From an uncultured Gudongella sp. (lineage in GTDB: Bacteria > Bacillota > Clostridia > Tissierellales > Tissierellaceae), in NCBI GenBank assembly GCA_964607545.1, contig CAZSLV010000001.1, forward strand, positions 1 through 48,383: 48,383 nucleotides of DNA, read 5' to 3'. The stretch's first letter is position 1, and the number at the start of each line of letters is the position of its first letter. Below the pieces are notes generated by a model. That model had not been told where the DNA came from, ran no database searches, and worked only from the letters and a program-made list of their open reading frames with translations. This document shows positions 18,850 to 27,713 of the stretch, in pieces. Position numbers and translations under genes: made by a program.

Positions 18850-19467
18850 TTACTTTAAAACTTTTTCAATTGCCTTTATCGTTTGAGTGTAAACTTCTTC
18901 TATTGGCTTTGAAGCATCTATCATTACTATATTTTCTGGGTATTTTTCTAAAAGTGCTATATAACCACTATATACATCCCTATGGAATAAGTAGCCCTCT
19001 TCTTCTAACCTATCCCCACCTTCTTTTGTCTTTCTAAGAAGGGTAACTTCTGGGTCAACATGGAAAAACAAGATTAAATCAGGATAAATTCCCCTTAGGC
19101 CAAAGTCATTTATAGCCTTTACATTTTCAATCCCTAAATTTCTACCCACCCCCTGGTAGGCTAGGCTTGACAGTAAGAACCTATCACAAACAACCACCTT
19201 ACCCTGGTCTCTTGCTGGTAGGATTTTCTCATGGACATGCTGAGACCTTGATGCTGCAAAAAGAAGTGCTTCAGCTTCTGGTCCCATGTTTTTATTATCT
19301 ACATCAATAATTATCTTCCTAATCTTTTCACCTATTTCTGTTCCTCCAGGTTCTCTGGTTAGGATATAGGGAATTTCCCTTTCCTTAAGATACTGGCCTA
19401 TTAGGTTAATCATTGTAGACTTGCCTGACCCATCAGGACCTTCAAGTGTTATAAACTTGCCCTTCAT
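18850..19467 (-). CDS. tmk: thymidylate kinase
   Basis: EGPDGSGKST, TREPGG, CDRF..SSLAYQG. Confidence 0.95.
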   Translation of the reverse strand: MKGKFITLEGPDGSGKSTMINLIGQYLKEREIPYILTREPGGTEIGEKIRKIIIDVDNKNMGPEAEALLFAASRSQHVHEKILPARDQGKVVVCDRFLLSSLAYQGVGRNLGIENVKAINDFGLRGIYPDLILFFHVDPEVTLLRKTKEGGDRLEEEGYLFHRDVYSGYIALLEKYPENIVMIDASKPIEEVYTQTIKAIEKVLK

Positions 19468-19481
19468 TTTACACTCACCCC

Positions 19482-20894
19482 TTATTCTGTAACTACTACA
19501 TAGTCCTTATTATAACCCATTAGACCTACTATTTCTATACCATTATCCATTAAAAACAAGACATGGTCATAAATTTCCTGAGTAATCTCTTCTCCAGGTA
19601 CAATTAAAGGTATTCCAGGTGGGTATGGAATTATTGGGGCTGCAGAAACCCTCCCTATAGCATCCTTTAACAAGACTTGTTCCTTCTTTCCATAATAGGC
19701 TTCAGAAGGGCGGGTTATAATCTTAGGTGTTGGCATCTTAACATTAACCCAATTTATTTCTTCATAAGGTGTGTTTTTAGCTATATGGCTTATGGCCTCT
19801 ATTATTTTTTCAAATTCTTCTTCTTCATTCATAAGGCTAGTTAAGATAAGGGCATAGTAAAAGTCTGCCATTTCAAGCCTTATGTTGTGGTCTGTCCTAA
19901 GGAATTTCTTTACAGTTGACCCCCTTATCCCATCTATACTAATTAATATCTTTGTATTATCCTTTGCATAAATAGTAGGGTCTTCATCATCCCCAATAAA
20001 AACTTCTACCCTATCTATCTTATTTAACCTTTCAATTGTCCTATTAACTAGGTCTATACTCTTATCTAACCTATCCCTACCTTCTGTATCCATATAGGCT
20101 ACTGCAAGTTCATTTGATAGGGTAAATAAATAAGATGGGGATGTGGTTGTGTAAAGTTGGTACCTATCCCTTAGTTTATTTAAGTCTATCCTATCGCTTC
20201 CAACATGGATCATGGAAGTTTGTGTTAAACTTGGTAGGGTCTTGTGGGTTGAGTGGATTACAATATCAGCCCCGCCTTCTATGGCTGATATAGGCAATTT
20301 ATCAGAAAAGGTCATATGGGGTCCGTGGGCCTCATCTACCATTAAAACCTTGCCATGCTTATGAACAATATCTGCAATTTCCCTTATATCTGAACACACC
20401 CCATAGTAATTTGGGTAGGTCATAACAAAGGCCTTTATATCTGGGTTTTCCCTTAGGGCTTCATCTATATCTTCAGGGTAAAGTCCAGTTAGGACATTGT
20501 GGTTTTCATTGTAGTTAGGATAAATGTAAACAGGTTGAAGTCTATTTAAAATCAAGGCATTATAAACTGCCTTGTGGCAATTTCTTTGTATTAAAACCTT
20601 ATCTCCAGGCTTAGTAATACTTGCTAGGGCAATGTAAATACTCCCAGTTGAACCATTAACCCCGTAAATACTAGCCTTGGCCTTAAAAACCTTAGCTGTG
20701 TTTTTTTGAGATTCATCAATTATTCCCCTGGGTTCTAATAAGTTATCCAAGCCTTCAAGCTCAGTTGTGTCAATCTCTGGCATGTAGTCTCCCCAGTCTA
20801 TAAGGGTCTTTTTGCCCTTGTGGCCTGGCATATGAAAGGATATGCTATTTTCTTCTTTTAATTTTTTTAAAGCATCAAAAACTGGTGTTTTCAT
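19482..20894 (-). CDS. Orn/Lys/Arg decarboxylase family, PLP-dependent (YaaO-like)
   Basis: FHMPGHK, RNCHK, VDEAHG, HSTHKTL, TTSPSY, PYPPGIP. Confidence 0.9.
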   Translation of the reverse strand: MKTPVFDALKKLKEENSISFHMPGHKGKKTLIDWGDYMPEIDTTELEGLDNLLEPRGIIDESQKNTAKVFKAKASIYGVNGSTGSIYIALASITKPGDKVLIQRNCHKAVYNALILNRLQPVYIYPNYNENHNVLTGLYPEDIDEALRENPDIKAFVMTYPNYYGVCSDIREIADIVHKHGKVLMVDEAHGPHMTFSDKLPISAIEGGADIVIHSTHKTLPSLTQTSMIHVGSDRIDLNKLRDRYQLYTTTSPSYLFTLSNELAVAYMDTEGRDRLDKSIDLVNRTIERLNKIDRVEVFIGDDEDPTIYAKDNTKILISIDGIRGSTVKKFLRTDHNIRLEMADFYYALILTSLMNEEEEFEKIIEAISHIAKNTPYEEINWVNVKMPTPKIITRPSEAYYGKKEQVLLKDAIGRVSAAPIIPYPPGIPLIVPGEEITQEIYDHVLFLMDNGIEIVGLMGYNKDYVVVTE

Positions 20895-20994
20895 CTTAAA
20901 GTATCTACTCTCCTTTTTTCTTATAATACAAAATTATTATAACTTAAATCTTTATATAAATAAACAATTATTTTACTATATCTAAACTTTTTAT

Positions 20995-21969
20995 TTAATA
21001 TATGACGCTTATTTTTTCTCCACACTTAATGCAATGGGATTTTTTTAAACCCACAAGTTCTACCTTTGGAAACCGTCTAATTAAAAGACTCTTACAAGAA
21101 GGGCAGTAGGTGTTGTTGTCTATCCCCCAAACATTACCTATATAGACATAGTTAAGATTTTTTTTAGCTATATTTCTTAAACCTATAAGGGTTTCTGTTT
21201 TCGTTTGGGCCTTAGTCATCCTATTGCTTGGGTAGTACTTGCTAAGGTGGAGGGGGATGTCCTTATTAATACCTGCTATAAACTTAGAAAGCCTGTAAAC
21301 TTCATCTTCATCTGAATTCTCATCATCTATTATTAGGGTAGTAATTTCAATATGGGTTTTTCCACTTGCCCTTTTAATAGTATCTAGGACAGGGCTTAAG
21401 GACCCACCGCAAAAGTTTTTATAATAGGAGTTTTCCATAGACTTTAAATCTATGTTCATAGCATCAATAAGAGGGAGAATGTCCTTAAGGGGTTCTTTAT
21501 TGATAAAACCATTGGTTATCATAACATTTTTAAGGCCCCTTTCCTTGGCTTTTTTTGCTGTATCATACATAAATTCATAAAATATTGTTGGTTCATTGTA
21601 GGTATAGGCTATCCCAAGGGAGTCTTTTGCCCCTGCAAATTTTAAGATATCGTCAATCTTAGTATTCATATACATATCTACATTTTCAACTATGGCAATG
21701 TTTTGGCAAAAATCACAATTAAAGTTACACCCAAAGGTCCCAAAGGAAAATATAGAAGTCCCTGGATAAAAGTGGTAGAGGGGCTTTTTTTCAATAGGGT
21801 CATAGCCATAGGATGTCATGGTTTCATAATTTAGGCTAAAGAGTCTACCATCAATATTTTTTCTTACCCTACAAATACCTACCCCACCTTCTTTGATCTT
21901 ACAATTGTGGGGACATAAAAAGCAATTGACAAAGTCTTCTTCCCTTGTGTAATACCTTGCTTCTAACAT
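20995..21969 (-). CDS. AmmeMemoRadiSam system radical SAM enzyme
   Basis: CFLCPHNC, DPIEKKPLYHF, CNFNCDFC radical SAM motif, YTYNEP. Confidence 0.9.
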   Translation of the reverse strand: MLEARYYTREEDFVNCFLCPHNCKIKEGGVGICRVRKNIDGRLFSLNYETMTSYGYDPIEKKPLYHFYPGTSIFSFGTFGCNFNCDFCQNIAIVENVDMYMNTKIDDILKFAGAKDSLGIAYTYNEPTIFYEFMYDTAKKAKERGLKNVMITNGFINKEPLKDILPLIDAMNIDLKSMENSYYKNFCGGSLSPVLDTIKRASGKTHIEITTLIIDDENSDEDEVYRLSKFIAGINKDIPLHLSKYYPSNRMTKAQTKTETLIGLRNIAKKNLNYVYIGNVWGIDNNTYCPSCKSLLIRRFPKVELVGLKKSHCIKCGEKISVIY

Positions 21970-21981
21970 AAATATCCACTC

Positions 21982-23388
21982 CTAATAGTGCCTACTTACC
22001 TTAAACCTCTCCAACTTATAATCCTCATCTTCTTTTATATTAGCCTTGCTTAAGGCTATCCTTACCTGGTCTTTTGCATCATCTACACCCTCAAGTCTAG
22101 GTAGGAGCAAGCCTTTTTTATACCCTTTTGTTACTATTACCCCATATTCCTTTGGGTCTAAACTATCAATACTTTCTATAGGCTCTGGTTTTTCAAGGAC
22201 ATCTACAGAAAAAGTTATTTCTTTTAACTCATCTAGGGTGACTTGGGGAAATCTTGGGTCATGTAAACCAGCCTCCACTGCAAACTTAATAATTTCTTTT
22301 GCTAGGTTTTCTTGGCTAGGTAAAGTCCCCCCTATACACCCTCTTAAAGTCCCATTTTTCTTAAGGGTTACAAAGACTGGCTTTTTGGTTCTTAATAAGT
22401 CTTTTTCTATATCATCAGGCACATCTATATATTCTTTGTTTTTTAAAAAGTGGGTTAAGGACCTTCTTGCAAGCCTTACATAGGGGCCCTCTTTTGACTT
22501 TATATCATTTATTTTATCTTCTTGATATTTATCAATAAGACTTAAGTAATCCTTGTCTTCTTCACCTAGTATATGGAAGATGCTACTTGCATAACCCACT
22601 CCAAAGGGACCTTCATAGGATAGGACTTGGGGCTTTACCTTATAAAATGACAGAGTCCCTCCTAGGATCATTAAAGACCTTAGGCCGCACTCTCCCGCCT
22701 TTTTAGCTAGGTCACTATCAAAGGTAAATAGTTTAGATAAGTCCCCTTCTTTTAAAATATCAAGGATTCTTTTATCAAACTCAGGTCCTTCCTTTACAAA
22801 ACTATAGGGTCCACTATCTAAAAGCTTATGTGAAAGGTCACCACTTGCAATAATTGATACATTTTTCTTACTTGTACTTATGACCCTATTAATTAACCTG
22901 CCAAACTTATATAGGTCTCTTTCTGATAGTAGGCCATAGGTTATAGGGATAAGTTTATAGTCCTTGTAGTATTTATTAACAAAGTGCAAGGGGACAAGGA
23001 CACCATGGTCAAGTTTTTCTTCTAGGCCATAGGATTTAAACATATCCTTTGTCATTTGCCCTATCTTTATATTAGCCTTTAAACTTTCTTTTACAATCTC
23101 ATAGCTTAAGTCTAGGTCGTTTTTAAATTCGTAAGATAAGTATTTATAACCAAAGTTAGAAAAGTCCCCTTTTAAGTTTTCTTCTAAGATTATAGAGTTT
23201 GCATCTGAAAATAAGGGTCCGTGGGGGCTTATAATTATTATAGTATCTGGAGCCTTTTCTTTTATATCCCTTCCTATTTCTTCCATCCCATCAATAGTTG
23301 CCCTTATCTTTTCTTCTTCTCCCCTACCAATTTCTTTAATAATTATAGGTGGGTGGGGGGTTAAATAAGCAGATAATAATTTTCCCAT
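21982..23388 (-). CDS. AmmeMemoRadiSam protein A (LigB/Memo-like domain fused to AMMECR1 domain)
   Basis: PHPP, SPH, DHG, SGDLSH, ECG, YEGPFGVGY; then FVTL..LRGCIG, DPRF, GLLLP. Confidence 0.88.
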   Translation of the reverse strand: MGKLLSAYLTPHPPIIIKEIGRGEEEKIRATIDGMEEIGRDIKEKAPDTIIIISPHGPLFSDANSIILEENLKGDFSNFGYKYLSYEFKNDLDLSYEIVKESLKANIKIGQMTKDMFKSYGLEEKLDHGVLVPLHFVNKYYKDYKLIPITYGLLSERDLYKFGRLINRVISTSKKNVSIIASGDLSHKLLDSGPYSFVKEGPEFDKRILDILKEGDLSKLFTFDSDLAKKAGECGLRSLMILGGTLSFYKVKPQVLSYEGPFGVGYASSIFHILGEEDKDYLSLIDKYQEDKINDIKSKEGPYVRLARRSLTHFLKNKEYIDVPDDIEKDLLRTKKPVFVTLKKNGTLRGCIGGTLPSQENLAKEIIKFAVEAGLHDPRFPQVTLDELKEITFSVDVLEKPEPIESIDSLDPKEYGVIVTKGYKKGLLLPRLEGVDDAKDQVRIALSKANIKEDEDYKLERFKVSRHY

Positions 23389-23418
23389 AACAATCCCCTT
23401 TCTTAAATTTTTGTAAAT

Positions 23419-23450
23419 AAAAAGACAGAACTTTTAGTCTGTCTTTTTTT
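23419..23450. terminator. intrinsic terminator after rplY
   Basis: AAAAAGACAGA-ACTTTTAG-TCTGTCTTTTT. Confidence 0.75.
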
Positions 23451-23452
23451 TA

Positions 23453-24091
23453 TTATTCTTCGTCTTCTTCACCAATTACTGGTACTTCCATTGGCTCATC
23501 TGTTGCTTCTTCATCTTCATCTTCTTCTTCTTCAATGCTTGGCTCATTTAGGGTACATATAATTGACTCTTCATCTGTTAAGATTAAAACATTTTCATCC
23601 TTCATAAGGTCTAAGTCCTTAACATATAAAGGAGTAGTAAAGTCCATACCTGAAACATCAATACCAACAGTTTCTGGTATATCTCCAGGTAAACATTCAA
23701 TTTCAATTTCATCTAGCATTTGCATTAATACTGATGGTTGAAGGGCTATACTATCTCTGTTTAGTAAGTATACAGGTACTGTAATCTTAAGCTTTTCTTT
23801 CATATCAATTCTTTGGAAATCTATATGAATTACATTGCCTTTAACTGGATGTCTTTGTACTTGCTTAACTATAACTGGAACTATTTCTCCTTCTAAATCC
23901 AATTCCATTATTGAAGATGTTCCAACTACTCTAAATAATTTTACAAAGTCTATAGAATCAACTTTAAGTTCTTTTGTTTCTACACCTCTACTATAAACTA
24001 TTCCTGGTACCATTTTTTCATTTCTAACATCTTTTACTTTGTTTTTCCCGATTTCTTCTCTTGCTTTAGCCAATAATCTTTTATCGCTCAT
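23453..24091 (-). CDS. rplY: 50S ribosomal protein L25/general stress protein Ctc
   Basis: VPGIVY, QRHPV, HIDF, CLPGDIPE, acidic C-terminal tail. Confidence 0.92.
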   Translation of the reverse strand: MSDKRLLAKAREEIGKNKVKDVRNEKMVPGIVYSRGVETKELKVDSIDFVKLFRVVGTSSIMELDLEGEIVPVIVKQVQRHPVKGNVIHIDFQRIDMKEKLKITVPVYLLNRDSIALQPSVLMQMLDEIEIECLPGDIPETVGIDVSGMDFTTPLYVKDLDLMKDENVLILTDEESIICTLNEPSIEEEEDEDEEATDEPMEVPVIGEEDEE

Positions 24092-24131
24092 ATCGGATTC
24101 CTCCCGTTTTCTTATTTTTTACTTATATTTA

Positions 24132-24157
24132 ATACCCTAGCGGTAATAAAACTAAAC
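24132..24157 (-). promoter_or_regulatory. SigB-type promoter upstream of rplY/ctc
   Basis: Minus strand GTTTAG-N14-GGGTAT. Confidence 0.6.
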
Positions 24158-24164
24158 TCTTTAT

Positions 24165-24452
24165 CTAGTAGGTGATACCCTTAACTTTTAAGGTCTTATT
24201 AAAAAGCTTAGATAAAGAAACACTTACCAAGTCTTTTTTTACCCTAATAGACTTATCTAGATAAACACTTACATCCTTGTCTTTTAAAACAATATACTTA
24301 TCTGTTTTGTCAGGTTGTCCTATCTCAACTGATAGTTTTTTTACTGTACATCAGCCAGACCTTATATCAATCAATTCTATGGTGAGTGAGTTATTACCAT
24401 GTGACTTATCTATTATATACTCGTTTGCCTCATTTGACAAATTTAAATTCAT
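24165..24452 (-). CDS. putative selenoprotein, HesB-like / CC-Se motif family, 95 aa with Sec34 (not in ORF track)
   Basis: RBS GAAGGTG, ATG 24452; MNLNLSNEANEYIIDKSHGNNSLTIELIDIRSG-U-CTVKKLSVEIGQPDKTDKYIVLKDKDVSVYLDKSIRVKKDLVSVSLSKLFNKTLKVKGITY*; in-frame TGA at 24353-24351, frame open for 61 more codons; hairpin at +16. Confidence 0.75.
24320..24335 (-). promoter_or_regulatory. candidate bacterial SECIS element
   Basis: CUAUC-AGUUGA-GAUAG starting 16 nt after the UGA; G at loop position 2. Confidence 0.6.
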
Positions 24453-24470
24453 TTTTTCACCTTCTTTGTA

Positions 24471-25598
24471 TCATTTATTTTGTTTTTCTCTTTTTTTCTT
24501 AGAAATTAAACTTGCTGCAAGGAGTGCTGTAATAGGTATGGTAAGTATAAGGCCAATTGAACCAGCCAAGGACCTAACAACCTCTGTAGCTATTATATCA
24601 AGGTTAAAAACCTTATTTAATTCCGTATTATAGGCCATAAAAACTAAAAGTATTGGGATTGATGTACCTACATAAGCAAGTATTAGGGTGTTAATCATAG
24701 TCCCCATAATATCCCTACCAACATTCATGCCAGACTTAAACAAGTTATTTCTAGGAAGTTCTGGATTGGCAGAGTGAATTTCATGGATACTTGAAGAAAT
24801 TGATATACCAACATCCATGGCTGCACCCAAAGCCCCCATAATAATCCCTGCAAATAACAAGTCCCTAAAGTTAAACTCTATACCTTGAGGTATATACATA
24901 AGCATGGTAGATTCTTCTGCTGATAGGCCAGTTAAAAAGGCTGTATTACTAAAAATATAGGCTATAAGGCCTGCACTTATAACCCCTATAGAAGTCCCCC
25001 CTATGGCAGCTAGGGTCTTGGTATTAATTCCACCTACTAGGAATATGGTTATAATGGTAACAAAGACAGCCGTTGACACAGAAACTAAAATAGGGTTTAT
25101 CCCCTTTAAGAGTAAGGGTAGCATGATAAAAAGTATAGTCCCTATTGTTATAGCTAAGGAGATCAAAGATTTTAAACCCTTAAACCTTCCAATGGCTAAA
25201 ATTAAAATTATAAATAAAAGTCCAATGTAAATTAAGCTATTAATCCTGTAGTGGTCAGCTATATATACTTTAAAATTACCATCTTCATATTCTTCAAGCA
25301 TAATAGAAACCTTTTGTCCATCTTTTACTATTATATCATAGTTGGCCTGGTCTGTTATTGCATTTTCTATGTTTATTTCAAGACCCTTCCTCTTACCCGT
25401 ATCTATCCTAAGCTTAACCTTTTGAATTGGGAAGTACCCTTCTTCACTATCCATAATTTCACTAGCTTCAAGGACTGTTCCTCTTTCTATAAAGTTTTCA
25501 AAGTCTAAGTTGTTATCTATATCCATATCTTGACTAAAGACTCCACTTGATAAGGTAAAGATTAAAATTATAATTAAACTTACTATTATTTTTTTCAA
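24471..25598 (-). CDS. YibE/F-family membrane protein
   Basis: Signal-like N-terminus, multiple TM helices, LGAAMDV, GMNVGRDIMGTMINTLILAYVG, GSIGLILTIP. Confidence 0.88.
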   Translation of the reverse strand: MKKIIVSLIIILIFTLSSGVFSQDMDIDNNLDFENFIERGTVLEASEIMDSEEGYFPIQKVKLRIDTGKRKGLEINIENAITDQANYDIIVKDGQKVSIMLEEYEDGNFKVYIADHYRINSLIYIGLLFIILILAIGRFKGLKSLISLAITIGTILFIMLPLLLKGINPILVSVSTAVFVTIITIFLVGGINTKTLAAIGGTSIGVISAGLIAYIFSNTAFLTGLSAEESTMLMYIPQGIEFNFRDLLFAGIIMGALGAAMDVGISISSSIHEIHSANPELPRNNLFKSGMNVGRDIMGTMINTLILAYVGTSIPILLVFMAYNTELNKVFNLDIIATEVVRSLAGSIGLILTIPITALLAASLISKKKREKQNK

Positions 25599-25677
25599 AT
25601 TTTACTCCTTTCAAATACAAACACTAAAATCCCTACTACATAAGTTTATTATTAAAAGGAGATAATGTAAAGTAGAC

Positions 25678-25824
25678 AATTCATAAATCACAATATACAG
25701 TTCACATTTACTTACAAGTTCATCTATGCTGATTTAAGTTTACTTCCCCTTGCCAGATTTAAGCAAAAAAGTAAATCTTTCTTTTTTCTTCTTAAATTTA
25801 GAATCTATTTGTTCATTGTATTCT
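25678..25824. repeat. second, more degenerate heptamer-flanked intergenic element
   Basis: AATTCAT-AAATCAC-AATATAC-AGTTCAC-ATTT shares ACAGTTCACATTT exactly with the 11.16 kb element; right end ATTTGTTCATTGTATTCT resembles ATTTGTGCATTGTGAATTCT. Confidence 0.4.
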
Positions 25825-25844
25825 ATTATTAACTATGCTAAAAT
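25816..25844 (+). promoter_or_regulatory. sigma-A type promoter for tRNA-Val
   Basis: TTGTAT, 17-nt spacer ending in TGC, TAAAAT; 8 nt before the tRNA. Confidence 0.55.
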
Positions 25845-25852
25845 ATAAGCAT

Positions 25853-25928
25853 GAGCGGTTAGTTCAGCTGGTAGAACGCTACGTTGACATCGTAGAGGTC
25901 GTTGGTTCGAGTCCAATATCGCTCACCA
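25853..25928 (+). tRNA. tRNA-Val (anticodon GAC)
   Basis: Acceptor GAGCGGT/ATCGCTC, D arm, anticodon arm CTACG-TTGACAT-CGTAG, T loop GGTTCGAGTCC, encoded 3' CCA; 76 nt. Confidence 0.96.
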
Positions 25929-25940
25929 TAAAAGTAAGTA

Positions 25941-25978
25941 AAGGAGTAATCTATTTTTTTAGATTACTCCTTATTTTT
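25941..25978 (+). terminator. terminator after tRNA-Val
   Basis: AAGGAGTAATCTA...TAGATTACTCCTT followed by ATTTTT. Confidence 0.8.
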
Positions 25979-25984
25979 AATAAT

Positions 25985-26007
25985 AAAAGGAAGGATTTCT
26001 CCTTCCT
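25985..26007 (-). terminator. terminator after csbD
   Basis: AGGAAGGA-TTTC-TCCTTCCT hairpin with a minus-strand T run. Confidence 0.65.
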
Positions 26008-26016
26008 ATAAAGTAT

Positions 26017-26229
26017 TTACCTATATAATTCTGGATTGTCCCTGTAGAAAGCATCTATTTCTTCTTCTGCTTTTTCCTTAGAATATCCATACTTTTCTTG
26101 AAGCTTTCCTGCTAAAATTTGTGAATTACCTTGAATTTCATCTAATTCATCATTTGTAAGGTCTCCCCATTTTCTTTGAATATGACCTTTTGCTTGTTCC
26201 CATTTGCCTTCCATAATATCCTTGTTCAT
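26017..26229 (-). CDS. csbD: CsbD/YjbJ-family stress protein
   Basis: MNKDIMEGKWEQAKG..WGDLT.D....G....L.GKLQEKYG. Confidence 0.9.
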   Translation of the reverse strand: MNKDIMEGKWEQAKGHIQRKWGDLTNDELDEIQGNSQILAGKLQEKYGYSKEKAEEEIDAFYRDNPELYR

Positions 26230-26293
26230 TAATTAATCCTCCTTGTTTACTTTCCAATATACATTTACTTGATAAGCATCCTGTAATACATAT

Positions 26294-26319
26294 CTACCCT
26301 AAAGTTTCTCTTTTTAAAC
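26294..26319 (-). promoter_or_regulatory. SigB-type promoter upstream of csbD
   Basis: Minus strand GTTTAA-N14-GGGTAG. Confidence 0.6.
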
Positions 26320-26369
26320 AAAAAATGGTAATTAAATAGGCTATATCTACCTATATAAAAAACCTAAAC

Positions 26370-27563
26370 CTACCTATCCACCCTTACAATATGGCTATAT
26401 TTGTTGTTCTTACCCCTTATTAAATCAAGAATAATCTTAGACCCAGCCATGGAATATGCAGTGCCATTACCCTCATAGCCTAAGAGGTATAGCTTGTTTT
26501 TATAAAGAGGATCACTCCCTATAAAGGGTATACCATCTTTTGAAGCTCCAAATAAGGCATTCCATGAATATTCAAGTTCTAAGTTTAAATTTGAAAACAT
26601 ACCTTGAATTTCCTTTATTAGGTTTTTATTCTTCCTATCTATAGAGCTTTGACTTTTTTCAACCCTCTTGCTTTTTTTATCAAGACCTCCCCCTACTACC
26701 CTATTGTCTTTGGTGGTCCTAAAGTATATATAGGGGTTTTTCGTCTCCCAGAACATAGCCTCTCCAGGCCAAAGGGGACCCTTTATAGGTCTTGTTGCAA
26801 AGGCATAAGTCCTATACATTTGAAACTTATCCTTAATTGGGGGGTAAATATGACTATAACCTGTTGCAATGACTATATAATCAAATTCTATTTCATAAGA
26901 ATCTTTTGTTTTAATCTTGTTTTCACTGATCTTATCAAGGTCTAGTTTTGTATCTTCATAATAAGTTACCCCAAGTGAAGTATTTTGCTTACTTAGACTA
27001 AGTATAAACTTATAGGGATTTACATCTGCATCATGCCAGGTCCTTAGTGCATTTGGCTTATCTAGCCCAAATTGAGCCTTTAATTTTCTCCTACTTAAGT
27101 ACTCAACTGGGAAATTATATTTATTAAGGAGTCTATACTCATCCTTTAATCTTTTTTTATCCCTAAAAGTAGAAGCATAGTATATGCTATTTCTATTTCT
27201 AAAGCCCAGTGACTCATCTAATTCCATACTTAAAGCAGTTAAATCCTCCATAGCTTCTAAACACATCTTGTAAAACAAGTAGGCATCTTTTTCCCCTATA
27301 TCCCCTGCTAGTTCATGCATCATAACATCGCTTGTATATTGTAATAAGCCAGTATTGGCAGCACTACTACCTCCTCCAATCCTGTTTTTTTCTACCAGGC
27401 TAACCCTATAACCCTCTTTTGCTAGGGTATTAGCACAAAGGTTTCCAGACATACCTCCCCCAACTACTAGGACTTGGGTTTTGATATTTTCTCTCACCTT
27501 GTCAAATTTAACTTCTTGGTCCTTGGTCTTATTCCAGTATAAGTTACCATAATGAAGTTCCAT
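26370..27563 (-). CDS. FAD-dependent oxidoreductase (DAO/DadA-like family)
   Basis: VVGGGMSG Rossmann motif, GSSAANTG, DGIPFIG, GYEGNG; start moved to ATG 27563 (MELHYG), which has RBS AAGGAG. Confidence 0.85.
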   Translation of the reverse strand: MELHYGNLYWNKTKDQEVKFDKVRENIKTQVLVVGGGMSGNLCANTLAKEGYRVSLVEKNRIGGGSSAANTGLLQYTSDVMMHELAGDIGEKDAYLFYKMCLEAMEDLTALSMELDESLGFRNRNSIYYASTFRDKKRLKDEYRLLNKYNFPVEYLSRRKLKAQFGLDKPNALRTWHDADVNPYKFILSLSKQNTSLGVTYYEDTKLDLDKISENKIKTKDSYEIEFDYIVIATGYSHIYPPIKDKFQMYRTYAFATRPIKGPLWPGEAMFWETKNPYIYFRTTKDNRVVGGGLDKKSKRVEKSQSSIDRKNKNLIKEIQGMFSNLNLELEYSWNALFGASKDGIPFIGSDPLYKNKLYLLGYEGNGTAYSMAGSKIILDLIRGKNNKYSHIVRVDR

Positions 27564-27713
27564 AAGCTTCTCCTTATCATATATATTTATTATGTAAATA
27601 CCCAATTTTTGGCATTTAAAATACTTTTCTAGGTCCAAGTTCTATGTAGATTTATCTAATAAAATGGGTATAATATTAAAGATTATAAATTTACAATTTG
27701 GAGGAAGTGTAAT

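Noticed and set aside
24450-24473. The YibE/F stop codon is TGA and is in frame with the downstream SG-U-C gene (6 codons apart), suggesting a possible readthrough fusion
   Set aside because: No G-loop hairpin at +15/16, the intervening bases are the RBS of the downstream gene, and the YibE/F protein is already complete; a one-in-three frame coincidence.
25853-25928. tRNA as possible tRNA-Sec (selC) or as an integration site
   Set aside because: Anticodon is GAC and length is 76 nt with a short variable loop, so it is tRNA-Val; no integrase or duplicated tRNA 3' end was seen in the window.
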